This document shows, one piece after another, positions 25,340-39,346 of a stretch of 53,839 nucleotides of DNA. The notes beneath the pieces are model-generated. The model was not told where the DNA came from. It ran no database searches and saw only the letters and a program-made list of their open reading frames with translations. Location: positions 76,130,454-76,184,292 of the forward strand of contig NC_068981.1 in the NCBI RefSeq assembly GCF_001194135.2. The letters run 5' to 3'. The stretch comes from Octopus bimaculoides (Eukaryota). Made by a program: the position numbers and the translations under genes. Position 1 is the first letter of the stretch, and the number at the start of each line of letters is the position of its first letter.

Positions 25340-26584
25340 ATTCGGGATAGATAAAAAAATGCCAGTAAAGACTGGTGGGTTAGCAGGCATATAACTTCAT
25401 CGCCTGAAACATCTTGCGGTATTTATTATGGTTGGTGCCTTCTGTTCTCAAATAATAGATCATGCATTAGCGTACTGAAAATTTCAAAAATAAGTCATCT
25501 GATGTAGTAGATATGACTATTCATTTGTGTAAAATAAAAATCACGTAACCCATAACAGATGCTATCAGCTGAATATATATATATATATCGGAAATTGTTT
25601 CTAGCTTTGATTTCAAATAATTTTGTGTTATAACCTCAAGCAACTACAAAAGATATATCTAAACAGTAAAACAATACGACGTTATTAGTAATGACTGCCA
25701 TCTAATGGAAGTTGATATTTCTCAACTTATATAAAAATTTATATCGATATAATTCAATCAGGAGTCATAATAACCCGTTCATTATATAGATAAAATGTAT
25801 ACTATTAGAGTACTATAATATTTGAGTTCCTCTGTGAATAATATGTTTTATGCTCACATTATAAATCTTTCCAGACTAAAATATAACATTGACATTTTAG
25901 CATTCAATTTCACTTATGGATATTTCCTCTGAGCAAAATCAACCAGCAATAAACAGATAGATTGTTTTCATGTGTAGAAAAAAATCATAAACAATTAGAA
26001 AATTTACAATAATTTATTCGTTTAACATCAGTTCAGAGCTTATGCTGTCGTCAAAACATGTTTCAAACATGGTCTCAATCTTTCTTTTCACTGGGAGCAA
26101 TAAAAAAGATACATCTGAATCGCAACTATTGATTTTAATGATGATAATAACATATTGAGCCAATGAGTGAACCTTTACGAGTGAAGGTAGAAATAAGAGC
26201 TAAAACTACAACTCGCTCTTGAACTCGGGATATTGTTTTTATATAGACATTAAATAAGGTTTTAGATACCTCACAAACATTTACAACGACAAAAACAACC
26301 TAATTTAACATATTTATAAAGTGCAGTTATCCAGTTGGTGATAATTGAAGCATGAATCATAGAATGAAGTTTCTGAATTGTTTGAAGCTCTGTTCGAATT
26401 CAGATCGAAGCTATTTTATATTTTCACTACGCATGCGTCTTTTGTATCATTTGTACATGTGTTTTAAACAGATAATCTCAACATTTGGAGAAAATGTGTG
26501 GCGTTAGGGAGTAATAACAGCGTTCACTATGTGTCAACATTACACTTAAAATTGTGTGAGCATTACACTTAAAAACCAATGGCT

Positions 26585-26940
26585 GCGATCGTAGATATGG
26601 TTATATGGTTACGAATTTCGCATTGCTACTACATGGTTTTAGGATTCACTTCCATTGCTCAGTAACTTAAGAGAACATTCTTCTCTCTTCGTAGATCTAG
26701 GTCCGTTATTGTTAGTTTTCCTTGACATATACTCGTAGGACTAAACCATCAAGTATATTCAGTACATAATTCAGGTATTTAAGTCCTTATGGTGATAAAG
26801 TAGTCAAGTCTCGTAGAGGGCTAGCAAATTAATTTTCATTATTTACTTGATAAAATGAATATCAGGCAAACTAATGCAATAGCCTCTAAATGGTTGTTTG
26901 ATCTACTTGAAATAGCAACAAAATCTTTCTCAAATATCGT
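26585..26940 (+). mobile_element. Degenerate SINE-like repeat(s)
   Basis: Decayed tRNA-like head (tggttatatggttacgaa..catggttttaggattcacttcca) followed by a repeat-like block (tggttgtttgatctacttgaaatagcaacaaaatct). Recognised by resemblance only. Confidence 0.4.
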
Positions 26941-27367
26941 CATATTCTTTTGAAAAGTGATATGAAATTGTCGTTCTGTTTTCTGCTAGAAGACACTTTC
27001 TAAAAGTGTGACACATAACTTCAAGTTGGTTGGGTGGGGGAAAAAGCTATTGCTCCTATTGTTCAGTACTCTTCTTCTCGATATGGTGAAACACAATAGA
27101 GTCCCAGGTAAAAATGTTAATTTACCTCCTCATTAAAATATATCACTACATGCTCACTTAACCTGCAAACATAGCAGCAAAAATTGCTTCAACGTGACAG
27201 CTCTAAACATATCTATCATCACGTTCAATTTCTTTATATCAGTGTCTTCTTTTTTATCTCTTTGTTCCGTCTGTACATCTCACCCTGTTCTTCTTCTTAC
27301 GGATTGTCCGTACGGTTGTATTTGATGTATTTGATGTACTTTAAAAAACATAACGATCATTTTATAT

Positions 27368-27563
27368 TCATTTCTTTATTGCCCACAGGGGGCTAAGCAT
27401 AGAGGGGACAAACAAGGACAGAGAAAGGGATTAAGTCGATTGCATCGACGCCAGTGCGTAACTGGGGCTTATTTAATTGACCCCGAAAGGATGAAAGCAA
27501 AGTCGACCTCGGCGGAAATTGAATTCAGAACGTAACGGCAGACGAAATACCGCTAAGCATTTC
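27368..27563 (-). mobile_element. SINE family B copy, truncated by a gap
   Basis: gaccccgaaaggatgaaagcaaagtcgacctcggcggaaattgaattcagaacgtaacggcagacgaaataccgctaagcatttc is the reverse complement of the piece at 31540-31602 and is similar to 2990-3149. More decayed copies lie near 9310-9480 and 29010-29210. Confidence 0.8.
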
Positions 27564-28897
27564 NNNNNNNNNNNNNNNNNNNNNNNNNNNNNNNNNNNNN
27601 NNNNNNNNNNNNNNNNNNNNNNNNNNNNNNNNNNNNNNNNNNNNNNNNNNNNNNNNNNNNNNNNNNNNNNNNNNNNNNNNNNNNNNNNNNNNNNNNNNNN
27701 NNNNNNNNNNNNNNNNNNNNNNNNNNNNNNNNNNNNNNNNNNNNNNNNNNNNNNNNNNNNNNNNNNNNNNNNNNNNNNNNNNNNNNNNNNNNNNNNNNNN
27801 NNNNNNNNNNNNNNNNNNNNNNNNNNNNNNNNNNNNNNNNNNNNNNNNNNNNNNNNNNNNNNNNNNNNNNNNNNNNNNNNNNNNNNNNNNNNNNNNNNNN
27901 NNNNNNNNNNNNNNNNNNNNNNNNNNNNNNNNNNNNNNNNNNNNNNNNNNNNNNNNNNNNNNNNNNNNNNNNNNNNNNNNNNNNNNNNNNNNNNNNNNNN
28001 NNNNNNNNNNNNNNNNNNNNNNNNNNNNNNNNNNNNNNNNNNNNNNNNNNNNNNNNNNNNNNNNNNNNNNNNNNNNNNNNNNNNNNNNNNNNNNNNNNNN
28101 NNNNNNNNNNNNNNNNNNNNNNNNNNNNNNNNNNNNNNNNNNNNNNNNNNNNNNNNNNNNNNNNNNNNNNNNNNNNNNNNNNNNNNNNNNNNNNNNNNNN
28201 NNNNNNNNNNNNNNNNNNNNNNNNNNNNNNNNNNNNNNNNNNNNNNNNNNNNNNNNNNNNNNAGGAGAAAGTGATGGACACGAGATGATATTATTTCCCT
28301 TTTATCTATTTGGTGTGTTAAGTGAGTCTATTTAAGAAAGCTATATTCATTTTTAAATGTTAATAATCTGTTAGGGCATGGATAATTGAGAAAATAAATT
28401 AGAAAAAGATAATACTGAAAAGACAATTGTAAAAATTTCTAACAAAATTTCACAAAAGTTTAGTTATTTATTGAAAAATAAATATTAAATTGACAGAGCA
28501 ATCGATTTTAATGAAGTATCTTTCATTAAATGGCATGAGAAAATCGATATTTAATGATTCTCTGAAATTACACTCAACTATATTTCTGTTGAATAGTCCA
28601 CATAAAGGAGATAGTGGTTTGCTCGGCTCACAGAGATTTCGCTAATAGAAGAGAAAATCTATAGGCAGGAGGCAAACATTCTTAAGGATACTTGTCATAC
28701 TTCTCTTACTATCTCTATTTCTTTCTTCACTCTCTCTCTCTTTCTCACATTCTCCTTTTCTCTTTCTCTCTCTTTGAATTCCTTCATGCTCTTTCGCGTG
28801 TCTTTTCTTTCAATCTACATTAATTATTCTCACGAAATATTCCGCTAAACAATCTCCCATAAGTAGTAAAAAATGTTCATGTATATGTTATCTTACT

Positions 28898-28951
<54 letters not shown>
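28898..28951. repeat. (AGT)n microsatellite
   Basis: Direct reading. Confidence 0.9.
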
Positions 28952-28971
<20 letters not shown>

Positions 28972-29584
28972 AGCTTTGACGGAGCTGAACAATTAATAGC
29001 GGTATAAAAATATTTCAGTTACACATTTGGGGAGAGAGATTTGTCGAATAAATCAATCCCAGAAACTCAATCTTACTTATTGATCGCTGAAGAATGAAAG
29101 GCTTATCAACACTGACGTTTTTAGTTTGGAAAATAAAGAAGCATAACTAACTCTCACAATAGATTTCGCCCGGTGCTCTACCGATTTTGTCATTCATCGC
29201 AGCTTTCTCATCCACATTTTCTCGAAGCAGAATGATAATGGCTGTGATTTCTTTAGTAAAACTCAGAAATATATTTCTCTTGGCGATAACATAGTAGCAA
29301 TAGAATTAATACAAATAGCGTTTCACTACATATTTCATCAAAATCCGGAAAAAATGTTTTTGACAAATGACGGTGATTCTCTACATTAAAACATTACACC
29401 GGTGTATATTTGAAGCTTTTTGCAGTCTTAGTTGAAGTTTATCCGGCGTTGACTTTAACTATCATTCTTTTGCGATAGGTAAATAAAAATACCAGTCGTG
29501 TACTGATATACTTATATACATTTATGCTATGATAACGGGAAGATTTCTGGCCTTCTTTTTATCTCAGAAATGACTGTTTTGTGC

Positions 29585-29672
<88 letters not shown>
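29585..29672. repeat. (TAT)n microsatellite
   Basis: Direct reading. Confidence 0.97.
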
Positions 29673-29673
<1 letters not shown>

Positions 29674-30713
29674 TGCTATTGTAGAGCCGTAGAGAGTGTA
29701 CACAATACCTTGCTGTTTTTATTTTGGAGTACAAATCTACAAAACCAGCGTTTGCTGCCTTCCTATGTGCGGTCAAATTTTTTATATTATTTCCCTAGAA
29801 CATCTTGAAAATGAATACATATTTTTTCTTTGTGAATATTTGGAGTTAATTTAGGTCGTAGTCTCATCGACATGCAGTGGTTAACATTTTAAATTTATTG
29901 TTGAGAAGAATTTCATGAGTTAAACATAACTTGGTTATTCAATGTTAGCATTAGTAGCGTCGCATGTTGTGGGAAAGTTGTTGATGTATTTGCCGATAAC
30001 CCCATTTGTCATACAAACTTGACGAATTCCACACAATTATGGCCATTTAAGTTACGAATTCAAAACCCCTTTGAGGTAACCTTGACATACCAATTTGGTA
30101 AAATAAAGTAGCAGAAAGTAATAAGTTTGATAAAATTCAGTGATAAGCTTAACTGTGGATGAATCGACTCTTACGTATGCGAGAAGTCGTTATTCCTATT
30201 GCAGTAAGTATATCGTTATCTAGTTTGTTAATGTAAATAATTATTTATTCTACTGGTTTATATAATTTTTGATTTGCCATGGGAGTTGAAATTTTGGAAT
30301 GATTAATGTATTGAGAAAGGAATTAGAATTAGCATTATTGTGTTCCAGTGCAATCTTTATTGATATTACTCCATGTTTTTATCCTAAATGCTCCATATCT
30401 AACAATATCTTAACAACCCTGATAAAAAGAATTCCATCCCAATCTTTTTTTAACGAATTCCATACAATAGTATTTATATAAAGGAAAATTTGATTTTTCC
30501 TGTCTTAGATGAATAGTTGCCTAATTTAGTATTGACTATATGCAGCACAGCACTATTACATTATATTTTATTACATTCTGAGTCCAACTTATGCCAAGAT
30601 TGATATGCCTTTCATTATGTATTAATCAATAAAATAAGCGCTAGTCAAACACTGCGACTAATTCAAGTAATGCTATGAATCCAGATATATGCATATATAT
30701 ATATGAGAAATCA

Positions 30714-30834
<121 letters not shown>

Positions 30835-31281
30835 TGAGTGAGAGAGCAGTCCTTGCCATCAAAGTGACACTGGGTAAAATATACGAAACCCATTATACCC
30901 ATCATGACTACCCGTCTGATAATGGCACACCAGGCACATGCATCACAACTATATGTGCGCAACATGGAGATCCCATATCAGATAAACAGCACATGACCAC
31001 TCAGGTGGGGACCAGTTAGAATTTTCTTCAGGTCGAGTAGCCCATTCCGCTCAAAAGGTCCCGGAATAAGGTTTGTTTAAGGATGTTGAGTAAAATACCA
31101 ATGTTTCCAAAGCTGAATTATTCAAACCCCAAAGAATTCCTCTCAACACATCACTATGATGCTCCCCCACTACTTCTGCTCATGATCAGAGATGCACATA
31201 TCGTCAACCACTAAGGGTCACGCTCAACTGGTTAAGGTCAAACAACTGACAAGCAAAACTGTGGTATTAAGCAGAATATTT
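30835..31281 (-). mobile_element. Non-coding retroposon 3' region (family C; SINE or LINE tail) ending in (ACT)n/(AAT)n
   Basis: tgagtgagagagcagtccttgccatcaaagtgacactgggtaaaatatacgaaacccattatacccatcatgact recurs at 34588-34705. It abuts a compound trinucleotide tract at 30714-30834. Confidence 0.7.
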
Positions 31282-31539
31282 NNNNNNNNNNNNNNNNNNN
31301 NNNNNNNNNNNNNNNNNNNNNNNNNNNNNNNNNNNNNNNNNNNNNNNNNNNNNNNNNNNNNNNNNNNNNNNNNNNNNNNNNNNNNNNNNNNNNNNNNNNN
31401 NNNNNNNNNNNNNNNNNNNNNNNNNNNNNNNNNNNNNNNNNNNNNNNNNNNNNNNNNNNNNNNNNNNNNNNNNNNNNNNNNNNNNNNNNNNNNNNNNNNN
31501 NNNNNNNNNNNNNNNNNNNNNNNNNNNNNNNNNNNNNNN

Positions 31540-31602
31540 GGTGAAATGCTTAGCGGTATTTCGTCTACCGCTACGTTCTGATTTCTAATTCCGTCGACCT
31601 CA
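31540..31602 (+). mobile_element. SINE family B head fragment
   Basis: gtgaaatgcttagcggtatttcgtctaccgctacgttctga is the reverse complement of 27525-27563. Confidence 0.7.
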
Positions 31603-31670
31603 AACGGTGCCACTGATATTCTATAAACACCTTATCGTGAACTTACTGGAGTTGTTACTGAAATAAAAAC

Positions 31671-31798
31671 ATTCTTCTTCTTCTTCTTCTTCTTCTTCTT
31701 CTTCTTCTTCTTCTTCTTCTTCTTCTTCTTCTTCTTCTTCTTCTTCTTCTTCTTCTTCTTCTTCTTCTTCTTCTTNNNNNNNNNNNNNNNNNNNNNNN

Positions 31799-31865
<67 letters not shown>
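31671..31865. repeat. Compound (TTC)n-gap-(CTA)n microsatellite
   Basis: Direct reading. Confidence 0.95.
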
Positions 31866-31919
31866 GTTAGTGCATGCTAATTTGATTAGCGGGTACTTTT
31901 ATCTTCAGTTTTGAGGACA

Positions 31920-32640
31920 AGTCTCTTCAAATTTCAAGAATCTTTCTTAGAATTCTTGCAGAATATTCTATGATACGTTTCTCCAGGTCGAGAGTGATTG
32001 TTTGAATTCCAGTCTCTTTTTTACCATTTTGGGTGTTTTGCCAAGTACACCAATTACAACAAGAATTATTGTTGTCTTGGTCTTCCACAGTCTCCTCAGC
32101 TCTCTGGATAGATCCTGATATTTCTCAGTTATTCCAGTTTCTTTGGTATTGATTCTGCTATCATTTGAGAATTTCAAAATCTATGGCCTCACACATTTTG
32201 TTTATTTTGTCCTCTACAATGCTACCTGGTCTACTTGCCACAACAGTATGGTCAGTCTTTATGGGGAAGTTATGCAACACCTTGCGATTCTCATTTTCTA
32301 TCAGTGACTCTGGTTCGTGTTCAAACCACTTTCCTATTGTTTTAAGCCACACACCCAACTAACGACCCGATGAATTATTTTGCCTACACAGTTATGTCTG
32401 CACTTATACTCCTTTTGTGCTAGTATACCTTACTTACTTCGTGTCTTTGCAAATCCTACCTTTGCTGTGTTATTGAGTTTTATCACACATTTTCTTAATC
32501 AGATAGGTTCCAAGTGCTTGTTCCTTAGCAATTTTGAAACCCTTGTTGTTGTTGTTGTTGTTGTTGTTGTTATCGTTGACGATGACATTTTCTCGTTGAA
32601 TAACCCACCAAATTCTTGCAATGTATTTTCGCTAACGGCG
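31920..32640 (-). mobile_element. Degenerate R4/Dong-type LINE 3' ORF fragment
   Basis: Frameshifted minus-strand peptides: EQALGTYLIKK, LAQKEYKCRHN, KWFEHEPESLIENENRKVL..IKTDHTVVASRPG..IDF, and EKYQDLSRELRRLWKTK..VVIGVLGKTPK. Confidence 0.88.
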
Positions 32641-34056
32641 ATGTTCACAGAATAAAATAAATTGCGTTTTTCCTGAAATATTAGTATTTGCATATCAGAA
32701 ATGATTTCTTCTATCTGCTACTTTTCAAATCAAATCTCTCTCTATATATAAGACTTCTGCTCTTCTGCTGCTATGTAGTAATATGGCCCGATAAAAGATA
32801 TATCACTGAGTATATTTGCAGTTTATGTAGTTCTGAACACAAATCTTGCCAAAAGTATCCCCGTTTCTGAATCTCAACAAAACTCATAAAATACGTAACA
32901 ATCAGTTCTATTATGATTTCAATTTACAGTAAGTCTGCACTAGTGAACACATTTCTTAGATATACAGCAAAAGAAATTGCAGCATTTATAGTTTCTTTAT
33001 ACATGCATACAAACATACATACATACATACATACATACATACACACACATATAATTACAAAACCCCTCCACCGAATGTTAATGAACCAGTAACGGCCACG
33101 GTATTATGATTCGTAACTAAATGAAGGACATTCGTTCTGCTTTTTGTTGTAGACGCATCTCTACTTGACTTATTGCATTTCGTAACTACGTTACCGGTCT
33201 TCTTGACATAATCACTTGTGATAAAATTTTTTCTCATCCTGTATTGCGTGGTAAAAAATATAAAACTTCAACTATCTCAGTCGAGTTAATTCCACTGTTG
33301 TATATATGGAAAGGCTACTTTCCTAAATATATAAGTCTTTTACTTGCAAGAATAAAGCGAATCTGCTCCATATTAACTGAAATGCGTTGGTGACTGAACA
33401 TTTTCCAGTCGGTCGGATAGCTTTCAATGTAGATGTGATTTGGGAGGTTATTTTGAGAACTGCGAAGTTCGGCTCAAAAGTTCAAAGACTTACCAAGATA
33501 ATCCCGTGCAATATGACAAGTTAATGGCGTTTATTTTTGATAATAGTCACCATTGTTGTTCATTTGAAAAGCCTCAGCTGCTTCGATGTCCACTACTCCA
33601 TAAAGAAAAAATTATTATTATTTTATGTTTTCTCTAATTTTATAAATCGTTATGACGTCGGCAACATATTCGACTGTTATTTTAAATCAGTTTTATGGGA
33701 AAGCATGTGAAGGCGTGTGTGTATATATNNNNNNNNNNNNNNNNNNNNNNNNNNNNNNNNNNNNNNNNNNNNNNNNNNNNNNNNNNNNNNNNNNNNNNNN
33801 NNNNNNNNNNNNNNNNNNNNNNNNNNNNNNNNNNNNNNNNNNNNNNNNNNNNNNNNNNNNNNNNNNNNNNNNNNNNNNNNNNNNNNNNNNNNNNNNNNNN
33901 NNNNNNNNNNNNNNNNNNNNNNNNNNNNNNNNNNNNNNNNNNNNNNNNNNNNNNNNNNNNNNNNNNNNTATGTTAAATAAAAATCATAATTAACTGATCT
34001 TCCTGTATTTTCTTTTACCCAATGCCAGGAACTTTTCAGCACCCACTCAGTGTGGA

Positions 34057-34109
<53 letters not shown>

Positions 34110-34184
34110 ATCTATTTTTGAAGACTCCCACGTCAAGAATTTTACATCTCAACTGTTGCTTTTTCTTCACGTTTATATTTGCAG

Positions 34185-34451
34185 AAGGACCACTCTCCAA
34201 ATTTGTGAATTATGGCTTCGGATCATTGCGACCACTAGAGGGCGTGCAGCTGTACAAAAAGATCATGTTAGGACTGACTTTGGGTGCATGTGCACAGCTC
34301 TGTCTAGCAGAACATACTTTCAAGTGTGCAACATTTGATTACTTGTTTGCCGATCAGTCATGTCACATGAGCAAATATATTGCTGCAAATGTTCATGGAA
34401 TCGCGCCTGTCGATGATAGCAACTTTCGAGTCATGCATTACGAGCTGAAAG
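34185..34451 (+). CDS. Internal coding exon encoding one complete PAN/Apple domain
   Basis: Acceptor gtttatatttgcag at 34184, donor AAAG|gtaagt at 34452. 267 nt, phase 1-1, no stops: (E)GPLSKFVNYGFGSLRPLEGVQLYKKIMLGLTLGACAQLCLAEHTFKCATFDYLFADQSCHMSKYIAANVHGIAPVDDSNFRVMHYELK. Shows the PAN pattern C-x3-C...FxCxxFDY...C...YE. Confidence 0.88.
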
Positions 34452-34587
34452 GTAAGTTAATTGTCATCAATTATGCGTAACATTATAAATGTCAGGGAAG
34501 ATTATCAATTGCTGTTGTTGTTGATGTTGTTGTTACTATTATCATTATTATCACTATCATCATGATGCCTATCATCATCATCGTCGT

Positions 34588-34705
34588 CACTGTGAGAGAG
34601 CAGCATAAGCCATCAAAGTGACGCTGGGATACAAATACACGAAGTCTAATATACCCATCATGACTAATAGTCTGATAAGGTTGCACAATGCACATACATC
34701 ACAAA
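34588..34705 (-). mobile_element. Second, older family C copy inside the PAN-gene intron
   Basis: tgtgagagagcagcataagccatcaaagtgacgctgggatacaaatacacgaagtctaatatacccatcatgact aligns with 30837-30910. Confidence 0.7.
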
Positions 34706-35329
34706 TATATGTACACAAAATTGTGATTGTGTATCATATGAAGATAACGCCTTCAGTAAAAGCAATACTGTACTTTTAAAATGGAAATCACGTTATGCAA
34801 CATATGTTTGCAGATTAGTAAAGATAGTTCTATATATTAGTCATATGTATGAGGGAGGTGATTATTTAGTTCTGTCTATAACTTGATTTATATTTGAATA
34901 AATATAACGTCTGTAACATTATTTTAGAAATGTTACATTGGCTGTTTGGAGAGATAATTAAATCAGGAGACATTAGTTACATTTTTGGAATTTTTCGCAT
35001 AGAAACACACTCACATATGTGAGTTGGAGAGACATACCTTATTGGCTCTCAATTAAGTTTCAGTTAACGGCTAACTTCATTTAGTATTTTATGTCTGTGA
35101 CTACTATTTATTGCGAGTCATTCTGTGAATTCTTCCGATAGGTGATTCCGTGTACACTTCGCTGAATTATGGAAAAATGTTCATTCACAAAACTTATAAT
35201 TTTATGATGCACGTTATAATGACCTACACGTGTTCCTGCTGCACCGACTACTCAGCTCATTAGGATATGCTATATAAAATTATAAAATTAGTTTTGTGGA
35301 TGAACAAGTTCCAATACTCATTATTATAT

Positions 35330-35360
<31 letters not shown>

Positions 35361-35628
35361 NNNNNNNNNNNNNNNNNNNNNNNNNNNNNNNNNNNNNNNN
35401 NNNNNNNNNNNNNNNNNNNNNNNNNNNNNNNNNNNNNNNNNNNNNNNNNNNNNNNNNNNNNNNNNNNNNNNNNNNNNNNNNNNNNNNNNNNNNNNNNNNN
35501 NNNNNNNNNNNNNNNNNNNNNNNNNNNNNNNNNNNNNNNNNNNNNNNNNNNNNNNNNNNNNNNNNNNNNNNNNNNNNNNNNNNNNNNNNNNNNNNNNNNN
35601 NNNNNNNNNNNNNNNNNNNNNNNNATAT

Positions 35629-35661
<33 letters not shown>

Positions 35662-35690
35662 CACGTCTATATACATATACATATCTATAC

Positions 35691-35722
<32 letters not shown>

Positions 35723-35829
35723 CTGTGTGTGTCTGTATGTGTGTGTGTTTGTGTGTTTGTGTGTGTGTGTCTTGGTGCGGTAGATTGCTTGTGTGTTTGC
35801 ATCTATGAATTTCTATACATATATACATA

Positions 35830-36131
35830 CCGTGGCCTCACTTCTAGTAGACGGAAGAAGAGCGTTCTGCTATTTCTCGATAAACAACCTGCGTAGATTT
35901 TTTGCTTGTGGCAACTGAAAACTTGTGCTGTACATTACGTCACTCTTTCCATCAAATCGATACTGTCTGTAAAGTTGTAGATTGCGCCATCCGCTAGATA
36001 TGGAAATGGTAGCAGTAAAACCGAGGTGTTCTTTGCCGAAGAGCACAATGGACGCCTAGTTGGAGAATCGAAACCACGGTTTGACATTTGTGAGTGTAAT
36101 TCACTAGCTAATAGGCCATGCGCCATCTTAC
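35830..36131 (-). mobile_element. Degenerate tRNA-derived SINE related to family A
   Basis: Minus strand gatggcgcatggcctattagctagtgag...cgtggtttcgattctccaactaggcg...tgtgctcttcggcaaagaacac parallels the head at 4480-4585. Confidence 0.6.
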
Positions 36132-36329
36132 ATAACGTACACGGACATACATATACGATTATACACACACACGCGCATATGTGTGCACATGTGTTTGTGT
36201 CAATCAGCGAAACATTAACACATGTGCAAAATAGACTTGGCTCTCCCTAATTTATGCCTATTAATATATATGCTAGATGTACCTGCTGTAACCCGGTTGG
36301 CCAGAAGCACTCCCAGTTAAAAACATTGA

Positions 36330-37010
36330 TGCGCGGCGGGAAAGGAAAAAAACATTATGTCGAACTTCATACAATAAACTTAAATAATAGAGGTCTCCTA
36401 CCTTTGGTGTGACAACATAAACACGACTAAGTGTTTCTTCTTTGAAAACGTACAAATGGCCTCCAACGTTGCATTCTTTATTGCCATTCTTTGTTACTAC
36501 TGTTCCAAGTGAAATACAAGGTTACTTCCACATAAAGTCATGTTTTGCAAAGTCATCATTGATGCACAATGAAAAAAGTTGTTCTCATATGACGTTCATT
36601 GACAACCGTATATATTCTCATTATTTCTGAGCAACACTTTTGTTCATCTGGCAGATGAACTTGCTGTGTCATTATTGCCGGTGCTCTTTCATGCATTGAA
36701 AATCCTAAAATGGATGGAACTGCTTCGGCTGGTCCAATATACTTACCCATTAGATATTAACTAATTTCGTTATCATTGTTTATTTGAACAGCAGCATAGA
36801 TATTTCCTTTCAGAGAGTACTTGATGACGTACCTAATTGATCTCACTGAGGCAAATGATTTCAACGTTGCAGTGGAATTTGAATGCTCTTAAAAATGTTT
36901 CATTATTAGGTACAACCCATTTGTCATTAGTTGTTTTTCTATTCTTATGAGATTCAACCCCTCCCATTGCAACTGATCTTCATCTATAAAGAGATAGTCT
37001 TTGTCTGTTT
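36330..37010 (-). mobile_element. Helitron Rep/helicase relic in the PAN-gene intron
   Basis: Collinear frameshifted motifs: SLYR*R..NDKWVVPNN..AFKFHCNVE..SIRYVIKYSLKG..NDNEIS*YLMGKYIGPAEA..GFSMHERAPA..QVHLPDEQ..NDDFAK..FTWN..TLSRVYVVTPKVGDLYYLSLLYEVR. These match the conserved Helitron segment between the Rep and helicase domains. Confidence 0.88.
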
Positions 37011-37978
37011 TTCTCTCTTTTGAGTAAGATGATAAAGATTAATATCTTATTTTAAATAAAATAGTAATTTTCCTCTTTAAGAAAGAGAACAAGAAACCGT
37101 GATTCAAAAGATATCTCGTAAAAATATAGGTAGAATTTCTTTCTTTCAGTCTACAGGACTCGAAAGTCGTATCGATGATTAAGGGAAGATGTAAGAAAGA
37201 AAAAAGGACGGAGAGAAGTAGCTACCAACGACTATTTAAAGTGTCGACGCTTTCAATTTAATTTTTTTTCTTAAAAGCGTAAATGACTATTTTTAATTGT
37301 AATCTATATCAGCTTAATCAAATGGAAAGAAAACAAACTGAGTTTTAGTGTAATATATATGNNNNNNNNNNNNNNNNNNNNNNNNNNNNNNNNNNNNNNN
37401 NNNNNNNNNNNNNNNNNNNNNNNNNNNNNNNNNNNNNNNNNNNNNNNNNNNNNNNNNNNNNNNNNNNNNNNNNNNNNNNNNNNNNNNNNNNNNNNNNNNN
37501 NNNNNNNNNNNNNNNNNNNNNNNNNNNNNNNNNNNNNNNNNNNNNNNNNNNNNNNNNNNNNNNNNNNNNNNNNNNNNNNNNNNNNNNNNNNNNNNNNNNN
37601 NNNNNNNNNNNNNNNNNNNNNNNNNNNNNNNNNNNNNNNNNNNNNNNNNNNNNNNNNNNNNNNNNNNNNNNNNNNNNNNNNNNNNNNNNNNNNNNNNNNN
37701 NNNNNNNNNNNNNNNNNNNNNNNNNNNNNNNNNNNNNNNNNNNNNNNNNNNNNNNNNNNNNNNNNNNNNNNNNNNNNNNNNNNNNNNNNNNNNNNNNNNN
37801 NNNNNNNNNNNNNNNNNNNNNNNNNNNNNNNNNNNNNNNNNNNNNNNNNNNNNNNNNNNNNNNNNNNNNNNNNNNNNNNNNNNNNNNNNNNNNNNNNNNN
37901 NNNNNNNNNNNNNNNNNNNNNNNNNNNNNNNNNNNNNNNNNNNNNNNNNNNNNNNNNNNNNNNNNNNNNNNNNNNNNN

Positions 37979-38024
<46 letters not shown>

Positions 38025-38275
38025 TGTATGTATGTATATTTATATGTATGCATGTATGTATGCATGTATGTATGTATGTATGAATGTATGCATGTGTGTA
38101 TATGTTCCTATAATCACATAAGGCTAACGACGTCTTGTATGCCGAAAGTTTGAAGTCGCTTACAATCTTTTCCTTGTAAAATGAATAAATATGCAATTTA
38201 CTAAACAATATTGAGTGATCCTTCAGTTTTAAACGAAACTGTTGTGATAACTTTATCTTTATGGAAAAATAAGCA

Positions 38276-38312
<37 letters not shown>

Positions 38313-39269
38313 CAACTTGTGCAGGATTTTTTTATATTTCCAAATACTTGTTTACACTAATTTGTATATATAGATATAAACATACAATCCTACATGTATT
38401 CTTACATTAAGCATTTCTGAACGTCCGCACACTTTGATTTTATCGCTCCCTGATACGCACTAAAAATTTATTGAAAACGCATTAATTGATAGTTGCATTG
38501 CATTTTTCCCGGCAGTATTCTCTAACGTATAATTATGTGAGATCAATATCACAGTTTACTGGACTTCTCCTCTTGTTTTTCGTTTTACCTAATTTTATTT
38601 TATAATTATTATTTGCCTTCCATTCATTAATTCATTCATTCATTTAATGTTTCATTTTCCCGCCCTTCTTTCTTTCCTTGTAATTATTATTTATTTATTT
38701 ATCATTAGTGCATCGTTGATTATGCAGATCCAACAAAAATTTCTAAAAGTAACGATTGCTCTTATGAAAAGACCACTTATTATATTTGTAGAACAAATAG
38801 TTCTTTTTTATAAAAAAAAATGCTGATGCTCATATCATGTCAGCTGTCATATTTATATTTCATGTTTTTGTTTTATTATATTGATGAATATATTAAATGT
38901 TTTTGTTACGAAAACAATTAGGCGGAAAATAACAAACGAGATTACTATTAGAAATTAATTTTATAAAAATATGATTTCATGATTGTCTGAAAAACAATTA
39001 TTATTAAGATCTTAGCAATAAGGAGGTGAAATTATAATGATGACGATGATCATGAACAGAATAACAACATCATCAACAACAACAATACCAATAAGAAAAA
39101 TATTAATAATGATAGGACGAGCTGTTGCAGCATTTTCAATGATACATACAACTGCAGCACTAATATCAACAATTGAAATTATATATAAAAAAAATTCATA
39201 TCGAGTAACATTTTCATAAAAAGCAAATTATGAATCATAAAATTTATCAGCGAAAAGACAGAGCAGCGG

Positions 39270-39270
39270 C

Positions 39271-39338
<68 letters not shown>

Positions 39339-39346
39339 CAGTAGTG
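39270..39346. repeat. (GTA)n microsatellite
   Basis: Direct reading. Confidence 0.95.
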
